A stretch of 37,815 nt of DNA from a virus (Duplodnaviria; Caudoviricetes). The notes beneath the pieces were generated by a model. It was not told the origin of the DNA, did not search any database, and saw only the letters and a list, made by a program, of their open reading frames with translations. This document shows, one piece after another, positions 7,848-16,455 of this stretch; the stretch's first letter is position 1, and every line of letters begins with the position of its first letter. The translations under genes and the position numbers were made by a program. The stretch spans positions 1 through 37,815 of IMG/VR virus record IMGVR_UViG_3300035524_000069. One strand, 5' to 3'.

Positions 7848-9137
7848 ATGAAACCCAATGCCTCCAGCCCACAAAGCTACAGCTTTGACAAACTATTCTT
7901 AGATAAAACAAATCCAAGACACGACCCATATCAGTCAGAAAAAGATGTCATTGAATATCTTTGCAACAATGAGCTAATCGTTCCACTAGCAAAAGATATA
8001 AGGGCAAATGGTCTAAACCCCGTTGATGTATTAGCCATTATACCAAACAGAGGAACAGATACATATACAATCATTGAAGGAAACAGAAGACTCTGTGCAC
8101 TAAAGCTACTGAACGATCCTGCACTATCTCCAATAAAACATCGATCCGATCTGATAAAACTATCAAAAGGCTGGGAAGGTATCATCAGTCTTTCGTGCGT
8201 TGAATTTCCAAACAGAAACTCAGCAAAAAAGTGGTTAAACAGAATACATGGTGGTCTTCAAGCAGGGATTGGAAGAAAATCGTGGAATGCAGAGCAGAAA
8301 ACCAGGTTTACAGATAGCCAGAAGAATAAACCTGCTCAAGCCTTCTTAGACTATGCTGTTAAACGTGGTTTTTTGTCAGAAGAAGAGCGCAAAAAGAAAA
8401 TTACAACAGTCACTCGATTTTTGAGCAACAAAATCTTCAGAGATTATCTTGGCATAGACAGTAGAAATCCAGAAGAAATATGCCGAACAAGGCCTGAAGA
8501 GGACTTTGATCTTATAGCACAAAAGTTCACTAAAGACCTCATTGAAGGGGTAAACGTAACCTCAAGACACAGCAAAGCTCAGATCGAAGATTATACCAAA
8601 TCAATAGAAGGGTCCAGTCAGCTAGATAACAGAAAAATCCCTCCTGTACCAATAGCCACTAAAAGCAAAAACACCACTGAGAACAACCAAAAGGAAGATA
8701 CATCAAACACAAAACCAAAACGCCCCAAGAAGCGGAATAAAATAGGAGATAAACACAACGTAACCGATAAGTTAGAGCAGCTGGATAATCAGAAGCTTAA
8801 ATTCCTATATCACTCAATTTGCAGTGTAAATTTAACACCACACAGCCCATTAATTTGCATTGGTGCTTGGGCGTTTTTAGAATCATTAACCGCTCAATTA
8901 GGGAGAAACTTAAATACAGACTTTGCTGCTTACCTGAAGCCAAAAGCAAAAAACGTATATGACAAGAGAGATTACACCGCCATAAATGCCGCTATCGATA
9001 GGATATCGCTAAATGGCAATGTGACAAAGCACCATAGTGAGTCTGCAATATTTGATGGACAACAATTAGCAAATGATATCGATATTCTGGGAGAATTCAT
9101 CATTAAATTCATTGATGATTATCTCGAAAAACAATAA
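7848..9137 (+). CDS. ParB/Srx-domain protein with putative C-terminal HEPN-like domain (candidate defence effector)
   Basis: LDKTNPRH and IIEGNRRLCALKLL (ParB/Srx); K/N/T-rich linker; C-terminal RISLNGNVTKH resembling the R-x-GN-xx-H HEPN (DUF4145-type) motif; visibly AT-rich. Confidence 0.7.
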   Translation: MKPNASSPQSYSFDKLFLDKTNPRHDPYQSEKDVIEYLCNNELIVPLAKDIRANGLNPVDVLAIIPNRGTDTYTIIEGNRRLCALKLLNDPALSPIKHRSDLIKLSKGWEGIISLSCVEFPNRNSAKKWLNRIHGGLQAGIGRKSWNAEQKTRFTDSQKNKPAQAFLDYAVKRGFLSEEERKKKITTVTRFLSNKIFRDYLGIDSRNPEEICRTRPEEDFDLIAQKFTKDLIEGVNVTSRHSKAQIEDYTKSIEGSSQLDNRKIPPVPIATKSKNTTENNQKEDTSNTKPKRPKKRNKIGDKHNVTDKLEQLDNQKLKFLYHSICSVNLTPHSPLICIGAWAFLESLTAQLGRNLNTDFAAYLKPKAKNVYDKRDYTAINAAIDRISLNGNVTKHHSESAIFDGQQLANDIDILGEFIIKFIDDYLEKQ

Positions 9138-9148
9138 GAATATTTAGA

Positions 9149-10021
9149 ATGTCGTCTCGCCTATCTCCATTACGCTATCCTGGCGGAAAGTCGTGCATGC
9201 TTGCTACAGTAGCAGAAATTCTCAGGATGAATAAACTTGAGCTGCACAATTACGCAGAACCATATGCTGGTGGCTGCGGATTAGCGCTCGCTTTATTGAT
9301 AGGAGGCCATGTTAGCCATATTCACATAAATGATGTTGATGACCTCATTTGGTCATTTTGGCATTCCGTTTTGCATGATACATCGTCATTAATTGAAAAA
9401 ACTCTGGAAACCAATGTAACGATGGACCAGTGGCATCAACAAAAAGATATCATAGCTCACCCCGAGAAGCATGACCATTTGGAACTTGGATTCGCCGCCT
9501 TCTTCTTAAACAGGACAAATCGTTCAGGTATAATAAAAAAGGCAGGCACTATTGGCGGTAAGAACCAAAGCGGAAAGTACAAAATAGACTGCAGGTTCAA
9601 CAAAAACGACTTAATCAAAAGGATCGAAAGAATCGCTAAATACAAGAATAGGATAAGCCTCTACAAAGAGGATGCACTCACGTTCCTGGACAATGCCCCC
9701 CAATACTTACCGAAGAGTACATTCTTATGTATCGACCCCCCCTATTACAACAAAGGAGCAAGTCTTTACACTAGTTTCTATGAGGGTTCTGACCATAAAG
9801 ATCTGAGAGATACAGTTTTAAAGCTCAATTACCCATGGATAATAACCTACGATAATGTCCCCGAGGTAAGAGGGCTCTATTCTATGCAAAGAAATATTGA
9901 GTTTGGACTACAATATTCCCTGCAAGAGAAAAAAACTGGGCAGGAAGTCTTAATCCCTTCAAAGGGGCTCAGACTACCAAGACAACTAAAGCAAGGATCA
10001 TTACTGAAAAATGTCGCTTAA
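9149..10021 (+). CDS. D12-class N6-adenine DNA methyltransferase, partner of the ParB-like gene
   Basis: SPLRYPGGKS, EPYAGG, HIND, FFLNRTNRSG, DPPYY; 11 bp after the ParB-like gene. Confidence 0.93.
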   Translation: MSSRLSPLRYPGGKSCMLATVAEILRMNKLELHNYAEPYAGGCGLALALLIGGHVSHIHINDVDDLIWSFWHSVLHDTSSLIEKTLETNVTMDQWHQQKDIIAHPEKHDHLELGFAAFFLNRTNRSGIIKKAGTIGGKNQSGKYKIDCRFNKNDLIKRIERIAKYKNRISLYKEDALTFLDNAPQYLPKSTFLCIDPPYYNKGASLYTSFYEGSDHKDLRDTVLKLNYPWIITYDNVPEVRGLYSMQRNIEFGLQYSLQEKKTGQEVLIPSKGLRLPRQLKQGSLLKNVA

Positions 10022-10027
10022 AATTAA

Positions 10028-10813
10028 TCACCCAACCACAATAACTTCCTGGTAAACTCTCCCCTTAGTCTGCTGCCCTCTATTCCCAATGCCATTTGCC
10101 CGGGTTACAGACTCGATATGATACCCCTCAAAGAGCTTATGGACAATTTCGCAGTCCTGGAAGGTTAGCATCCACTTCCCTTTAGCACACTTCAATGCGT
10201 TGGCCAAATGAATGAAGTCCAGTTCGCTCCAGCCATCATAAGCGTCACCACCTGGATCAAAGTATGGAGGATCACAGAAGAAGAACGTCTCTGGAGCATC
10301 ATAGCGTTCAATGACCTTTTCCCAGCTAAGGTTCTCGATACAGGTCTTATCAAGCCTTTTATTCAAAGCTCGGATATTCTGTAGGCGATTTTCCCTGGAC
10401 CCATGGCTTGCTCCACCCGACTTCTTGCCAGTCCCGAAATGGCTCCCCATTCCTCCAAAGCTGATGGCGTTTCTCACATACCACCGGGCAACACGCTGGA
10501 TTTCAGTGAGACCAGGCTGAGCGATAAAGTCCTCAAAGTCCTTGCGCGAATTGGTCATGAACTCGAGCTCACGAAGTAGCTCATCACAGTGCCACTTCAC
10601 AACGCGGTAAAAGGATACCAGGTCATGATTAAAGTCATTGGCCACCTCCATCTTTGAGCGGGGCTTGGCCAGCATGAGCGCAAGGCCACCGCCAAAAACC
10701 TCTACATAGCAGTTATGCTCAGGAATGTGCGGCAATAGGTATTTAGTGAGTCGGGCCTTTCCTCCAGGCCAACGGATTGCAGGTTTTGTCTTAGTAAAGT
10801 CAGTCGTAGCCAT
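10028..10813 (-). CDS. Second D12-class (phage Dam-like) N6-adenine methyltransferase
   Basis: IRWPGGKARL, YVEVFGGG, EVAND, FFCDPPY; start placed at ATG 10813 (MATTDF), not 10921. Confidence 0.93.
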   Translation of the reverse strand: MATTDFTKTKPAIRWPGGKARLTKYLLPHIPEHNCYVEVFGGGLALMLAKPRSKMEVANDFNHDLVSFYRVVKWHCDELLRELEFMTNSRKDFEDFIAQPGLTEIQRVARWYVRNAISFGGMGSHFGTGKKSGGASHGSRENRLQNIRALNKRLDKTCIENLSWEKVIERYDAPETFFFCDPPYFDPGGDAYDGWSELDFIHLANALKCAKGKWMLTFQDCEIVHKLFEGYHIESVTRANGIGNRGQQTKGRVYQEVIVVG

Positions 10814-11020
10814 AGTGATGAATCTCAAGCTAATAAATGGGCGTAACGGTACAGCAGGACACACAGGTCCTATAAGGCTGTTATAGAATGGTTGCCATAT
10901 GTGGTGGCAAAATGGAGACACAGCTACGCCTCAGCGTGCTTAATAGGTGGTCTCGTTATTTATAGTGATTGGGCCATTCCCATCATCCGAACAATCGGAA
11001 ATCTATAAAACAGTTAAGAG

Positions 11021-11248
11021 CTACATAGTGTGTCTAGGATGATATAAGCAGAGAAGTTTAGCAAGATTCATTATGGATAAAATCCACCCCCTACCGCTCC
11101 TGAAACAGCCGCCCCGTAAGGCCATCAGGATCGTTGCTGCCCTAATTAATTGGACTATATAGCTTGATAGGTCGATCCCTAGAGCCTCAGCACGTTGCTT
11201 TGCTTTGTCTAAAAATTCAGCGTTGGGGAAGCTAATCCCTTGCCCCAT
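11021..11248 (-). CDS. Putative ribbon-helix-helix DNA-binding protein (C-terminus possibly degenerate)
   Basis: From ATG 11248: GISFP-NAEFLDKAKQRAEALG-IDLSSYIVQLIRAA fits the RHH strand-helix-G-helix pattern. Confidence 0.55.
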   Translation of the reverse strand: MGQGISFPNAEFLDKAKQRAEALGIDLSSYIVQLIRAATILMALRGGCFRSGRGWILSIMNLAKLLCLYHPRHTM

Positions 11249-11348
11249 ATCCCTGAAAAGCGTTATTAATCTATTTGAATTTGAGTAATAATTCTTTAAT
11301 AGATAGATCATGTTTTCAAAAATATCTGAACTCATTAGTAAGCCACGC

Positions 11349-11414
11349 CCTTTAATTCGCTGCCCTCATTGCCGTAAACTGGTGTCCAGGACAGCAGAGA
11401 AATGCCCTAAGTAA
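11349..11414 (+). pseudogene. Remnant of a zinc-ribbon protein gene
   Basis: Reads PLIRCPHCRKLVSRTAEKCPK then TAA where the fourth Cys is expected; no in-frame ATG. Confidence 0.6.
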
Positions 11415-11503
11415 AGCTGCATCTTAAAATTATCTAACCACGACAAGAACAATCTATAATAATCGGTAATTGCATAATCGTATTATTTGATCAATAATTT
11501 GTC

Positions 11504-12607
11504 ATGGCCAAGATAATTACCTTAACAAAGACTCAAACTGAAACCAATGAAGGCAAAGAGCTGCTGGATTTAATTATCAAGGTAACCAGTGATGGATTGG
11601 TCACAGACAAAGAGATCAGGACGCTTTACTATTGGGTAAACCGAGAATCTAAGAAAAACCTCGAAATCAATGCTATTGATACTTTAAAGGAAATTCTCAA
11701 GGAAGCTCTTGCTGACAATCAGATAGACAAAGATGAACGTCAGGAAATTCACCACATTTTGCTTCGTATTTTACCAAAAGAATACCGCGAATCTGCCAAA
11801 AAAGAAAAACAGGATGCTGCAAGAGAATCGTGGAAGCTTGATGCACGTAAAGAATCAGCAAGTGAAAAGCAAAGAAACTATATCAAGGCATTAGGAGGAA
11901 GAGCCTCTAACAAGTTAAACAAATCGCAGGCATCAGAGATGATTGATGCGCTACTGGAAGGCCAAGAGGAAAGAGGTGGTTCCAATATAACACCTCGCCA
12001 AATGATGATTCTCAGATTTTGGAAGAAGACTCATCTAGCAAAAAAAGGCAAACAAGCCATTTCTGAATGGATGGATGATTGGTATGACAACGATCCAACT
12101 AGGCATGAAGCATGGGAACTCTACAAATCGGAAAATGGACATATAGCCAATAGCAGAGATTGGGATTCAGTTGAGTTGGTTCCCCTTGGCATTGGAAAGG
12201 ATTATCTCTTACAAATAAAGGATCCTGATAAGTGGATAGAAAGCCTAGTTGAAGATAATGAGGACAAAGAGGAAAAACTTAAGAGTAAGCCTAAGAAACC
12301 TGTCCAAGCCAAAAAAACAATTACCCCGCCAAAACCTAAAAGAAATCAAAACAGAAAATCTAACCCCAAAACAGAAAACTTTTTTGCTCCTTTATTTAAA
12401 CGTAAATGGAAAGATAGAAGCGGTCTTGAGAAGGCATTCCATATATCAATGCTGGTCCTCGCAATCTTAGCAACGATTGGAACTGAACAGGCAAATGTAT
12501 TTAGTTTTATTCCACTACTATTGCTCCAGCTTATCTGCATTTATATTTTTTGGGGCCTCCCCATCTATCTCGTTTATAGATTCATAAAGTGGATCAATAA
12601 AAAGTAG
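11504..12607 (+). CDS. Accessory membrane protein with TerB-like N-terminal helical domain
   Basis: SDGLVTDKEI and LADNQIDKDE paired motifs; ASEKQ...LNKSQASEMID module; Lys/Pro-rich linker; two C-terminal TM segments. Confidence 0.6.
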   Translation: MAKIITLTKTQTETNEGKELLDLIIKVTSDGLVTDKEIRTLYYWVNRESKKNLEINAIDTLKEILKEALADNQIDKDERQEIHHILLRILPKEYRESAKKEKQDAARESWKLDARKESASEKQRNYIKALGGRASNKLNKSQASEMIDALLEGQEERGGSNITPRQMMILRFWKKTHLAKKGKQAISEWMDDWYDNDPTRHEAWELYKSENGHIANSRDWDSVELVPLGIGKDYLLQIKDPDKWIESLVEDNEDKEEKLKSKPKKPVQAKKTITPPKPKRNQNRKSNPKTENFFAPLFKRKWKDRSGLEKAFHISMLVLAILATIGTEQANVFSFIPLLLLQLICIYIFWGLPIYLVYRFIKWINKK

Positions 12608-12610
12608 ACC

Positions 12611-13477
12611 CTAATCCACTTGGTTCGCAGGGTTGTACCAGCCTAGCAACTTGATGTCATCGGCGGGGTTCATCACGATTTCGGGGTAGTCTGGATTGAT
12701 GGATTCCAAGACTTTTACGCGGTAGGCTCCACGGGATTCATAGTGTAAGCCCTTGTTTACCTCTTCATCGGTGGCCACACGGGTGTTGTAGCGTTTGAGT
12801 GCGCGCTCTCCATTGAGCATAAAGTCGTAGATCAGGCCCTTTTTCGGGTATGGACTTCTGAGAATTGATGTGGAAGACATAATGATCACAGAACCATCTA
12901 CAATGTCCGGCTCCATGCTTTGGCCACATACCTTAAGAGCATAGTGCCCGGGGCCATAGTTACGCTTTACCTGGTATTCAGTTTCATCTCAATTAGTTGG
13001 CTTACCAGCGGCAACGCCATACATCTTCAGCTTATACCAATTTTCATTTGGTTTGTCGTCCTGAGAGTTGGTTTCTTCATCCATAGCTTTTAGCTCGTTA
13101 CGCGCGGTTTCTGCGAGAAACTTTATAAGGGCCCTCATATCAACATCGTTTGGTGCCCATTTTGATATAGCTCTTAAATCGTCATCAATAGTTCTCGCGT
13201 CGTCATCAACACCTTTAAGTGTGATTTGAATCTCAGCTGAAGAGCGGCCTGTTCTGTCTCTCTCATCCTCAAGCCAAGCTTGAGCTACATCAAGCCCAGT
13301 TAGGCTATCAGGCCAAGCGTGCCCACAAAGAGCTCTCATGATTTCATCATTTGGTCTACGTCCTTGGAGTAACTTTGTAATCTGTACTCCAGTTGTCTTA
13401 CAAGCATCAGCGAGTTGAGCTTGGGTCATATTGTTATCTGCTAGAGCTGCCCTTATTGCGGCGAGAAACTGTCTCAT
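12611..13477 (-). pseudogene. cI: CI/LexA-type repressor (XRE HTH plus S24 peptidase) interrupted by one in-frame TGA at 12991-12989
   Basis: ORFs 13477-12989 and 12916-12611 share a frame; read-through gives VAAGKPTN*DETEYQVKRNYGPGHYALKVCGQSMEP...ALKRY, with Ala-Gly site, catalytic Ser and Lys; HTH MTQAQLADACKTTGVQITKLLQG. Confidence 0.85.
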
Positions 13478-13497
13478 TCATACCACAATGAGAAATA

Positions 13498-13543
13498 TTA
13501 CCGTTTTGGCAACTTTTTCTTGCAATACTTAACGTTTTGTTAA
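13498..13543. promoter_or_regulatory. Two operator-like palindromes in the divergent immunity region
   Basis: TTACC-GTTTT-GGCAA (13498-13512) and TTAAC-GTTTT-GTTAA (13529-13543), 31 bp apart, between repressor and first early gene. Confidence 0.6.
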
Positions 13544-13554
13544 TTATTAACGAC

Positions 13555-13731
13555 ATGGAAAGTAACGACGCTTATCGAACAGTTAGAGGTACCGTCGATC
13601 GGCTGCTCAGAACATTCACTCGAAAAACACAACCCGAGCCTGTGAGAGATGCAGCTACAGATTTAGCCGATTACCTCGAGCAGTGGAACCCACCACAACA
13701 AAAACAACCAGTAGAAGTGAACCAACCATGA
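13555..13731 (+). CDS. Hypothetical early protein in the cro position
   Basis: First ORF divergent from the repressor; ATG 13555; stop overlaps next start (ATGA); no clear HTH. Confidence 0.55.
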   Translation: MESNDAYRTVRGTVDRLLRTFTRKTQPEPVRDAATDLADYLEQWNPPQQKQPVEVNQP

Positions 13732-13832
13732 GCATACTTCAACAGGAATGCCTATTAACCATTGAACAGATTGATGAAGCCATTCGCAAGGCGAAGGCAA
13801 AGGCCGAAGGAGATAACAATGCCAACGGCTAA
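13728..13832 (+). CDS. Small hypothetical protein (34 aa, not in ORF track)
   Basis: MSILQQECLLTIEQIDEAIRKAKAKAEGDNNANG; ATGA-coupled to the upstream stop and overlapping the next start. Confidence 0.55.
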   Translation: MSILQQECLLTIEQIDEAIRKAKAKAEGDNNANG

Positions 13833-14076
13833 GCGAACCACCGCACGGGCTAAAACGCCAGCCCCTACCCTCTACAAATATGTATCACGTGTCCCTGTCC
13901 GTCACGACTTGGACATTAGCCTCAACGACCCAACGGAGAAACTGCTCTTCTTTTTAACAGAGGCTCAACGCGAACTGGGACAATGCCCGGACCCATTTGA
14001 ACAATCCCTTACAGATTTAGCAGATGCGGCCAACGCTGTAAGAAACGAATTATACCGCCGCAACGGAGCAAAGTAA
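13819..14076 (+). CDS. Hypothetical early protein
   Basis: AAGGAG precedes ATG 13819; TAATG coupling to the next gene. Confidence 0.65.
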   Translation: MPTAKRTTARAKTPAPTLYKYVSRVPVRHDLDISLNDPTEKLLFFLTEAQRELGQCPDPFEQSLTDLADAANAVRNELYRRNGAK

Positions 14077-14402
14077 TGATTCAAACAAACGAACTCACCG
14101 CGCAGGAAACTGATAGGAACCTCACGGATAATGACTTGAATGCAATAGCCGAAGTGCTGACATCAAGAATCCTATCAGCCCTGGAAAGCCGGAATGTGTT
14201 ACCACAACGCTATCCAGAAAGAATGTCGACCAGAGACGTTGCCGTGACTGTCGGCTGCTCCGAAGGATCCGTCCGCCGGAACTGGAGACTCTGGAAATTA
14301 CGCATGACAGGTCGTGGCCAACACGGGCAAATGAACTTCACCGGACTCTCTGTTCAGAGATACATCGAGAGCCTCCAGATAAAGAAGAGAGGTGTGAAGT
14401 GA
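14076..14402 (+). CDS. Winged-HTH DNA-binding protein, candidate excisionase/RDF
   Basis: RMSTRDVAVTVGCSEGSVRRNW...MNFTGLSVQRYI, MerR/Xis-like pattern; early operon. Confidence 0.65.
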   Translation: MIQTNELTAQETDRNLTDNDLNAIAEVLTSRILSALESRNVLPQRYPERMSTRDVAVTVGCSEGSVRRNWRLWKLRMTGRGQHGQMNFTGLSVQRYIESLQIKKRGVK

Positions 14403-14617
14403 TGAAGGAAAAGGCCACCGCAATCATCACCCCAAACAGGCGAGGTGGTTGGTCTCTTATCCTACCCGTAGCCCTGCGAGACATAGGCAACTATGCTACT
14501 CCTGAGAAGGCATCAAAAGTTGCTCTGATCAATGGCTACGAGCCAGAAGTCATAGGCAATAAAAGAAACAGTAACTTACCGAAACAACATCAAAGCTATG
14601 AAAGAACTTCGAAATAA
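14399..14617 (+). CDS. Hypothetical protein
   Basis: Overlaps both neighbours in a tightly packed operon. Confidence 0.55.
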   Translation: MMKEKATAIITPNRRGGWSLILPVALRDIGNYATPEKASKVALINGYEPEVIGNKRNSNLPKQHQSYERTSK

Positions 14618-15119
14618 AATCATTAGCCTAAATGTTACAAACATCCCGGAAGTTACTGAGGATGAACATTCCAACCAAAAAATCAGAGACGGGCAAGGTC
14701 AAATAGGCCCGTTAGCTGACAAACTTATCCAATCGGTTGGATGCCTGGAGCACCTCAAGAAATTCAGGATCCGTTTCCTCTTCTCCAATGAGACCATCAA
14801 GAGCAACGGAAAGGATGCCTGGGGAAAGGCCAGTAAGTTCTCAGACAAAGACCGCTTCCTGCACCCGTATCACTTCCTGATCATCATCAGCGAGAACTTC
14901 TGGAAAAGGCATGAGGACAAACGAGAGCCTCTCCTATTCCACGAGCTCTTACATTGCGGCGAAAACGAAAGCGGGAAGCCAACAATCATCCCCCACGACC
15001 TCGAAGAATTCGGCGAAGTCGTAAAGCGATATGGAGCATGGGCCAACGACATTACCTTCTTTGACAGGCAGCTCGAGCTCTTCCAAAGCAACCTCAAAAA
15101 GCAAACAGCTAAGAAATGA
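14598..15119 (+). CDS. Putative phage metallopeptidase
   Basis: LLFHELLHC (HExxH) followed by PHDLEEFGEVVKRYGAW. Confidence 0.85.
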   Translation: MKELRNKIISLNVTNIPEVTEDEHSNQKIRDGQGQIGPLADKLIQSVGCLEHLKKFRIRFLFSNETIKSNGKDAWGKASKFSDKDRFLHPYHFLIIISENFWKRHEDKREPLLFHELLHCGENESGKPTIIPHDLEEFGEVVKRYGAWANDITFFDRQLELFQSNLKKQTAKK

Positions 15120-15928
15120 ATACTTTACCCATTAAAACAGCAGAAGACGCCCTTAAAATTGGGCAATACATAGCTCGATCGGGCACCTTTGGAGTCAAGA
15201 CAGATGAGGGCGGCGCAATCATCGCTCTCATGTGCTACCAGGAGAATATGTCCCTTCTGGAGTTCCAGAAGACCTACCACATTCTTGATGGTGGTAAACC
15301 ATCCATGAGGGCCGATGCCATGATAGCCAAGTTCCTCGATTCTGGTGGTAGTTATGAAATAGTTGAACGCAGCAAGACCAATGCATGCGCAAAACTCTGG
15401 AAAGATAACAATGAGCCAAGAGAGTTCAGCCTCAGCATCGATGAGGTAAGAGAGGCCGGCTACTGCTTCAGCAAAAAGAATAAAGGTGAACTGAGTCAGA
15501 ACTGGAAACAGCACCCCAAGAACATGCTATGGGCTAGAATGATGTCCGATGCGATCCGCGCACTGGATCCACGCGTGAATGCGGGAACCTACACTCCTGA
15601 AGAGGAAATGGACCACGGTGAAGCCGTCGAAGTTCACGATCAGCCACCGGCAGACCCAAAGCCCAAAGAATTGCCAGTAACACCGGCACCTGCCCCACAA
15701 GAAGTAGCTCCTACAGTAACCACACCGCCACCGGCATCCGATGATCCCTTCGCAGACATGCCCGATTCTCAAACGGATTACAACATCGTTCCCGTAGGAA
15801 AGAACAAAGGCAAGCGATGGATAGAGCTCTCCCGCGAAACGCTGGAAAAGGTCGTCAATACACCAGGACCGTTGAGCCAGAAGCACGTCGAATGTGCCAA
15901 GGCTGCCCTCGATAACACTCCATTCTAA
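15116..15928 (+). CDS. RecT/Red-beta-like single-strand annealing protein
   Basis: GKPSMRADAM, NWKQHPKNMLWAR..SDAIR, YTPEE; Pro-rich linker and small C-terminal domain. Confidence 0.7.
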   Translation: MNTLPIKTAEDALKIGQYIARSGTFGVKTDEGGAIIALMCYQENMSLLEFQKTYHILDGGKPSMRADAMIAKFLDSGGSYEIVERSKTNACAKLWKDNNEPREFSLSIDEVREAGYCFSKKNKGELSQNWKQHPKNMLWARMMSDAIRALDPRVNAGTYTPEEEMDHGEAVEVHDQPPADPKPKELPVTPAPAPQEVAPTVTTPPPASDDPFADMPDSQTDYNIVPVGKNKGKRWIELSRETLEKVVNTPGPLSQKHVECAKAALDNTPF

Positions 15929-15963
15929 TCCCCCACTTTAAACAAAAAAGAAAGACAATAGAC

Positions 15964-16455
15964 ATGTTCAAACACTCAGGACGCTTTGAAGGTACCATCC
16001 TCAGAACTATGATCGCAGAACCTCGGTTCAATAAGAACGATCCAAACGCTTTTGATATCTGCCTGGAGATCCAAGGCCCCGACTACGAAGGCAAACCTCA
16101 GATCGATTGGTGGGCCGGCGAATTCAGCAGTGCATACGGCAAGGGCAATATGTCCAATAAGACACAAGCTCAGATCACAATGAAGAACCTTAGCGGCATC
16201 GGCTTTGAAGGTTATGACCTAAGCACCCTAGACACTCAGCTCAAGGGCAAGAAGATCCCCTTCACGGTGGAATCACGCGAATACAACGGCAATACCTACT
16301 ATGACATCAAGTATATCGGTGGCAGTGGGTTTGAACCAAAGGCCATTGATACAAGCAATCTTCAAGCTCGTATGGCGGCCATCATGCCAAACAGCACCGC
16401 GGCCGTTACTGCTACAAGCACAGCAACCGAAGAAGATGATATTCCGTGGGATTAG
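15964..16455 (+). CDS. Putative single-stranded DNA-binding protein
   Basis: Beta-rich body, YNGNTYYDIKY, acidic tail EEDDIPWD; follows the annealing protein. Confidence 0.65.
   Translation: MFKHSGRFEGTILRTMIAEPRFNKNDPNAFDICLEIQGPDYEGKPQIDWWAGEFSSAYGKGNMSNKTQAQITMKNLSGIGFEGYDLSTLDTQLKGKKIPFTVESREYNGNTYYDIKYIGGSGFEPKAIDTSNLQARMAAIMPNSTAAVTATSTATEEDDIPWD

Noticed and set aside
10820-11000. Structured ncRNA or Com-like regulator upstream of the second methylase
   Set aside because: Only a short hairpin (TTGCCA...TGGCAA near 10892-10910) is visible, with no same-strand zinc-finger ORF; insufficient support
12989-12991. Genome-wide TGA recoding or selenocysteine insertion
   Set aside because: Many genes end properly at TGA (4674, 24153, 27998, 31918, 33180), and I see no convincing SECIS-like hairpin after this codon
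14598-15119. Metallopeptidase as the missing endolysin
   Set aside because: It lies in the early operon and matches the phage HExxH metallopeptidase pattern, not known peptidoglycan peptidase motifs
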